A stretch of 63,165 nucleotides of DNA from Negaprion brevirostris (Eukaryota), in contig JARDVH010000031.1 of NCBI GenBank assembly GCA_030324005.1, positions 9,380,539 through 9,443,703 of the forward strand. Direction: 5' to 3'. The notes beneath the pieces were generated by a model. The model saw nothing but the letters and a program-made list of their open reading frames with translations, was not told where the DNA came from and did no database searches. Below, piece by piece: positions 57,999 to 63,165 of this stretch (position 1 is its first letter; every line of letters starts with the position of its first letter). Both the position numbers and the translations under genes were made by a program.

Positions 57999-58879
57999 TT
58001 TGAAAAATCTTAGCGACAGTTAACATTTCGGGTTATAAATGAATTTTTCGATACCTGATAATAATTCATGTCTTTAACGGCTTTTTAAGTTGAGCTATGA
58101 TATTATGACATAGTCTGATTGAAGGGAATAGCAATCATAATCTTAAAATAAAGCAAAACCCTGGTAGTGCTAGTGAGATAAAAACGGATGACCAATTTAA
58201 ACATGTTTGTGACAGCTGCCACATAGGATTTGGGTGAGATTGTCAATGGGTTCCCAATCTTATATAGCCTGGGGGGCCAGTTTTAACTCTGTACACTCAG
58301 CAGAAACATGGCGATAACGGGGTTAGATTCACTGTGCACCACTTAGTGTCAGCTGCCTTGTTTAGGTTCCACCAGCATTCACATTCTTCTGTGCAAATCA
58401 GGATCCTATAATGTACAATTTAGACAGACAACTGATTGGAGAATGCTTCGTACATACTCTGCCCGATTGAAGTATGCACATGGCTCCATGCATGCAGCCT
58501 GGAGTTGAATTCTAACACCCCCTCCCCTGACCCCAATTGTCTCAGGAATACATCAAGTAGAATGGAAATAGAGAAAATCCAGGAATGGATCACACCAGCT
58601 GCCTGTTCCAGGAATGACCTGGACAACATGATCATAATAGCAACTGCTGACAAGCACAGGAAATTCAGATGCATTGGCAGAGGACCCGTCCATTTGTAAA
58701 AGTGCAGCAGCTTAAACTGTGTTTAGGTACTTCAATTTAATTAGCACTTAATTTTCATTTTCTAGACTAGTTTACATAAATAGTTGAAACAGCAGTGTTT
58801 ATCTAATTTCAGAATAAATGCTTTTTCATCCTTACGATTATACAAATTGTAAAGACACCTTTAATATTGTTCTTTATCA

Positions 58880-59015
58880 TAGGTTCATAACAACACCGTA
58901 GGAGGTCATTTGACCCATCAAATCTGTGCCAACTCTCTGTTAAACAATCCAGAGAGTGCCATTGTTACCTCTCTATCCCTGTAGCTCTGCAAGTTTACTT
59001 CCCTCAAGTGTTTCC
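58880..59015 (-). mobile_element. CR1-type 3' tail
   Basis: TCATAACAACACCGTAGGAGGTCATTTGACCCATCAAATCTGTGCCAACTCTC..CCCTGTAGCTCTGCAAGTTT. Confidence 0.7.
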
Positions 59016-59814
59016 AGCACCATCATCAGGGGTCACTATAGTTAACCAGATTGCATTTGTTGGTTGGGATGTCTGTAGAGAGCTCCTGTGAGAGATTTGT
59101 CACTCACCTTAGGATTCTAAGATAAGAAAATGAGAGTGTTGAGAGCCCACAGGTCCTTCTGGGGAATCTAAGACACTACTAGCATGACCAAAACTAATTC
59201 TTTCAAAACTGCAAGCTGTGGCAGTATTATAAATAAAACACAATGGAAGCTTATGATATAGTTCACCTCAGCCCAGAAACAACATTAATTAGTTTGAAAC
59301 TGCAAGCCTATTATACAATGTTTATGTTTACCAAATTGCTCTGTGTTAGGTTCATTGCTCTGCTACTAATGAGTATTCGTGACTGTTGTGTGGCCAAGTT
59401 GGGAAGGACTCCAAGATAGCAGTGTTAGCTGGCACTTCCTCCCAAATTCCAGCAATTTAGGGGATGGCACAGACCCCAATCTGGTGTAAATTACAAGCGG
59501 AATGATGTCTCGCCTTAGGTTCACTCCAATAGGAAGCGATTACAAGCTGGAATGCAGGAATCATTGTCCAACAGCAGTTAGCAAGCCTTCTAAGTGCTCT
59601 ATATAATCACGTATCACATTTCTCTCAAGCTGTGTTTTTGTGCTGGTTACATGAAATTTGTCCTGTTCGAATACCAGCTGACTATTCTATCCGAAAATGG
59701 ACTTTATATCATAGCACTGGAATACAGAGATGCAGAGAGGAGCATGCTCACTTGCTCATTACTACCTCCCTATCCCTGGAACTTCCTTTAAGTCGTTTTT
59801 ACACCAATCTTTTC

Positions 59815-60052
59815 ATTTTCATCATTCTGCCATTAGCCGTCAGCCTCAGCCTCCTAGACATTAAACTCNNNNNNNNNTTCCCCAAATCTCTCTGCCTTTC
59901 TCAATACTTGAAGGCTTTCTATAAAACCTACATTTTTGACATTGCTTTTGGTCGCCTCTCCTCATACATGTGGCTCAGTGTTAATTTTTGCTTGATTTAC
60001 ACTCCTTTGCAGCACTTGGATTGTTTTATAAATATAAAACCATTGTTGTTAA
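59815..60052 (+). mobile_element. L2-type LINE 3' end
   Basis: CCATTAGCCGTCAGCCTCAGCC..CCCAAATCTCTCTGCC..TAAAACCTAC..GCTTTTGGTC..GTGGCTCAGTGT..TTGTTGTT. Confidence 0.65.
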
Positions 60053-60417
60053 TAAAAGACACTCTGTTCACCAACTCATTATCTTAGAGTATTTTAAATA
60101 TAAATGAATATTTTTTAAAATCAGTTCTTCATTGATTTTATTGTGCAAGTGATTAATACTGAGATCACATCACAGCAGGTGTGGCCCTTTGCGTGCTGTT
60201 TCACTGCTGTTGCAACTGCTGTGCACTGGTACATTATCAGTTTCCACCACATGCAGCAACTCTGTAACTCCTTAATGTTGCAGGAAGCAGCAAGCAAAAC
60301 CAAGGGATTCACCATCCAAGGTCCCCAACCCCAGGCCAACAGGAAGGATAGAAAGACGGAAAATACAAGGGGAGAGAGAGTAATAGTGAAAAAGGAGAAG
60401 ACGAGCACAAAAAAAGG

Positions 60418-60830
60418 AAACAACACAGCAACTTGCATTTACATAACACTTTAACAGAATAAAACTTAGCAAGGCACTCCAAAAGGTAGGTTTTAAGCAG
60501 TGACCTGAAGAAAGCAAAAGAGGTAGTGAGGATTAGGGAGAGTTATCTATGCAGCTGAAGNNNNNNNNNNNNNNNNNNNNNNNNNNNNNNNNNNNNNNNN
60601 NNNNNNNNNNNNNNNNNNNNNNNNNNNNNNNNNNNNNNNNNNNNNNNNNNNNNNNNNNNNAGCTGAAGGCATCAAGGATGCATAAAGGCCAAAAATAGAG
60701 AAGCACAAGGATGTGGGGCTGATGGAAGTTACAGAGCTCGAGAGGGATTTGAACACAAGGATGAGATAAAACTGAGGTTTTGTGGAACTGGGAGTTAATG
60801 TTGGTTAGTGGTAGACAGGATTTAGTACAA
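60418..60830 (-). mobile_element. L2-type LINE 3' end spanning a 100-N gap
   Basis: CAGCAACTTGCATTTACATAACACTTT..AGGTAGGTTTTAAG..GCAGCTGAAGGCA..GAGGGATTTGAACACAAGGATGAGA. Confidence 0.7.
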
Positions 60831-61124
60831 ATTCAACCTGTATCAGCCTATCTGTCTATCTGTCCATTTGTGTCATACCTGTACAACGTCATTGCTATAA
60901 CTTTGACTAAAAGCTCACTGTCCCTCACTCTTAGCCATGAAATGGTGTGTGGTACTGTGGAAGAGCTGGGCATGGGGTCCAAAGAGGAGGGATAAGGAAT
61001 TGTATGTTGATTTTCCAAAAGGTCAATATTTATCTTTTTGAAAACTGAAATATGCATGTAAATTAATGTTACAACAATTTATGTTAATTTTTATCGATAC
61101 CCACCCTCATGCTGAAAAGAAGAC

Positions 61125-61235
61125 ATAAAAGATTTGCATTTAGCATTTTCATTTGTGACCTCAGGATATCCCAAATGCTTTGCAGCCAACAAAGATTNNN
61201 NNNNNNNCATTCATCTGAAGTTGCAATGCAGGAAA
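61125..61235 (-). mobile_element. Deu-domain SINE tail
   Basis: AAAGATTTGCATTT..GTGACCTCAGGATATCCCAAATGCTTTGCAGCCAA. Confidence 0.6.
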
Positions 61236-62076
61236 ATAATTAGTAAAAGACACCACTTGAGAATGTATACTCAAAGAGCAAATGTAGCTTTCTAAAGTTC
61301 AGCCACCTTGTAATTAAACCACTGAGTGTTACGATAGGGACTGCTTTAAATAATTATAAATAGTGCTGCATCCATCTGCAAAATGAGGCATTGAGCGCAG
61401 GAGATTCTTTTAAAGTGCACAGGATACAGTATGAAACTGTGTATAAAACTGATGCTTCGCTGCCTATAAATAAACTGTTGTCGCTTACTAGTGCAGGGCA
61501 GAACATCAACCACTCACAGCAACACATGTTACAGTGTGTTAGCATTTGCCCAGTTATAGACACCAAGGAGATAGAGAGACAGATTAACAGTAATGTGATG
61601 GGTGATTATACTTCTTTGCTGAGCACAATGCACAGAGGTATAAACAACTGAGGCTTCACAAGAAGTCTTGCCAAACTCTTTGTATATTTATACTTGGAGA
61701 TACTTGCAGCTATTTTAAATATTGCAGGCCGTAAGGTAGAGGCAGAGAGATCCCCCTTCGTGTCAGGAGCTGAACAATGCAGAGATGGAATCTGTGTTTC
61801 TGTGCCAGTATGTAAACTGCCAGTCACTGGGAATGCTCCCAATGACTAAAATGAAGTTGTTTGTAAAGAAGATTTAGTGCTTTACGAACAGTTTTAAATG
61901 CAAATAGCATTTCTCACTGACATAGATGGTGGTGGCTGGAATGAATGTTCGTACTTTGTATTTGGACAAACAATATATTTTTTAAAAAGGTAAAGAAGAT
62001 TTAGCCTACTTATACCTCTTTCATTCTATGTTGATTCTGTCGCTCCGTGTTTGGACTGGCTGTCTGTTCAAGTTAA

Positions 62077-62306
62077 TGATGTGGAGATGCCGGCGTTGGA
62101 CTGGGTTAAACATAGTAAGGAGTCTCACAACACTAGGTTAAAGTCCAACAGGTTTATTTGGCAGCACAAGCCATTAGCTTTCATCAGGTAAGCTTACCTG
62201 ACGAAATTTACCTGATGAAGGAGCAGCACGCCAAAAGCTAGTGGCTTGTGCTACCAAATAAACTTGTTGGACTTTAACCTGGTGTTGTGAGACTTCTTAC
62301 TGTGTT
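62077..62306. mobile_element. Penelope-like terminal-repeat palindrome with 14-bp target duplication
   Basis: Inverted arms ~62108-62181 / 62234-62306; TGTTCAAGTTAATG at 62065-62078 and 62303-62316. Confidence 0.9.
62207..62246 (+). ncRNA. Minimal hammerhead ribozyme remnant
   Basis: TTAC CTGATGA AGGAGCAGCACGCC AAAA GC TA GTGGC. The GAAA box has mutated to AAAA and stem II is imperfect. Confidence 0.55.
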
Positions 62307-62844
62307 CAAGTTAATGTCAGTGAAACTATAGCTTTTAAATTGGGTTCCATGGACTGCAGGGGATATCTATGAGTTTATCAGTTTTTGGAGTTTGTCTGCT
62401 TTTGTTCATTTACTAACTTAATAATCCTGGTGTTCTTCATATCAAGATATTTCCTGCACTGTTTTATTCATTTTTACTAATTAATACTGAGTTTCAGCAC
62501 GAGCTGGGATAAGGCATCTCTAGGGATGTGACAGTACGTGCATCGGCTAACTGACAGGGTGCCAATATTTGCAATAGGTTCCTGCCAACACTCCACTATT
62601 TCCCAAGCTTGTCAATATTTGCAACAACTTGGAAAACGCCAAAAATTTTAAATGCAGTGATTCGCACCAATCTTAGCAAGAGATATGGTTAATTATGAAG
62701 ATATGAAGTTAATTGTGTATTCCATAAAATATCAAAATGGAGAAAAGAAAATCCTGAAAAGTGAGTCTAATGATAAAGCATTTAACTTGCTGAAAATTCC
62801 TGTATGATCAAGTCATTCTATTTACTGTATGTACAGAAACTCAG

Positions 62845-63165
62845 CATCAACATCCTGAAGGTTACCATTGACCAGAAAAAGACTGGAATAGCCACATAAA
62901 TACTGTGGCTCCAAGAGCAGGTCAGAGGTTGGGATTCTGTGGCAAGAAACTCACTTCCTGACTTCACAAAGTCTGTCCACCATCTACAAGGCAGAGATCA
63001 GGAGCATAATGGAATAGTCTCCACCTGCCTGAATGAGTGCAGCTCCAACAATGCTGAAGGAGCTCAACACCATCCAGAACAAAGCAGTCCACCTGATTGG
63101 GATCCAGCCACTAGTTTAAGCATTCAATCTGTCCACTACTGGAGCACAGAGGCAGCAGTGTATAC
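62845..63165 (+). mobile_element. CR1-group (Zenon-like) LINE ORF2 C-terminal fragment, runs off window end
   Basis: NILKVTIDQK..WNSHINTVAPRAGQRLG..LTSQSLSTIYKAEIRSIME*SPPA*MSAAPTMLKELNTIQNKAVHLIG. Confidence 0.85.

Noticed and set aside
61391-61651. 86-aa ORF in unique sequence
   Set aside because: Starts at TTG, no splice signals or recognisable domain; length is within chance expectation.

Overview
Eukaryotic (vertebrate) genomic DNA from a gapped draft scaffold with many N runs. It is very probably a shark or other cartilaginous fish, inferred from HE1-type SINEs, Deu-domain (SacSINE1-like) SINEs, CR1/HER1-like LINE tails and the overall repeat mix. The window is intronic or intergenic and dominated by decayed transposable elements: CR1, L2, Rex1/Babar, RTE, Vingi-like and Zenon-like LINE fragments; three Penelope-like insertions with target duplications and minimal-hammerhead remnants; two copies of one Gypsy LTR family in opposite orientation; and about a dozen GC-rich non-autonomous DNA elements with GG(G)..ATT(C/T)T termini. 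No intact host protein-coding gene is recognisable. The only host-gene candidate is a short ATG-to-GTAAGT exon on the minus strand (57943-57998) in a repeat-free block. Several other repeat-free AT-rich blocks look like possible conserved non-coding elements. I found no convincing new biological system. The most interesting items are the Penelope/hammerhead palindromes, the ANT-flanked MITE family, the Vingi and RTE relics and the candidate exon. All family assignments come from recalled motifs, not database searches, and most boundaries are approximate.
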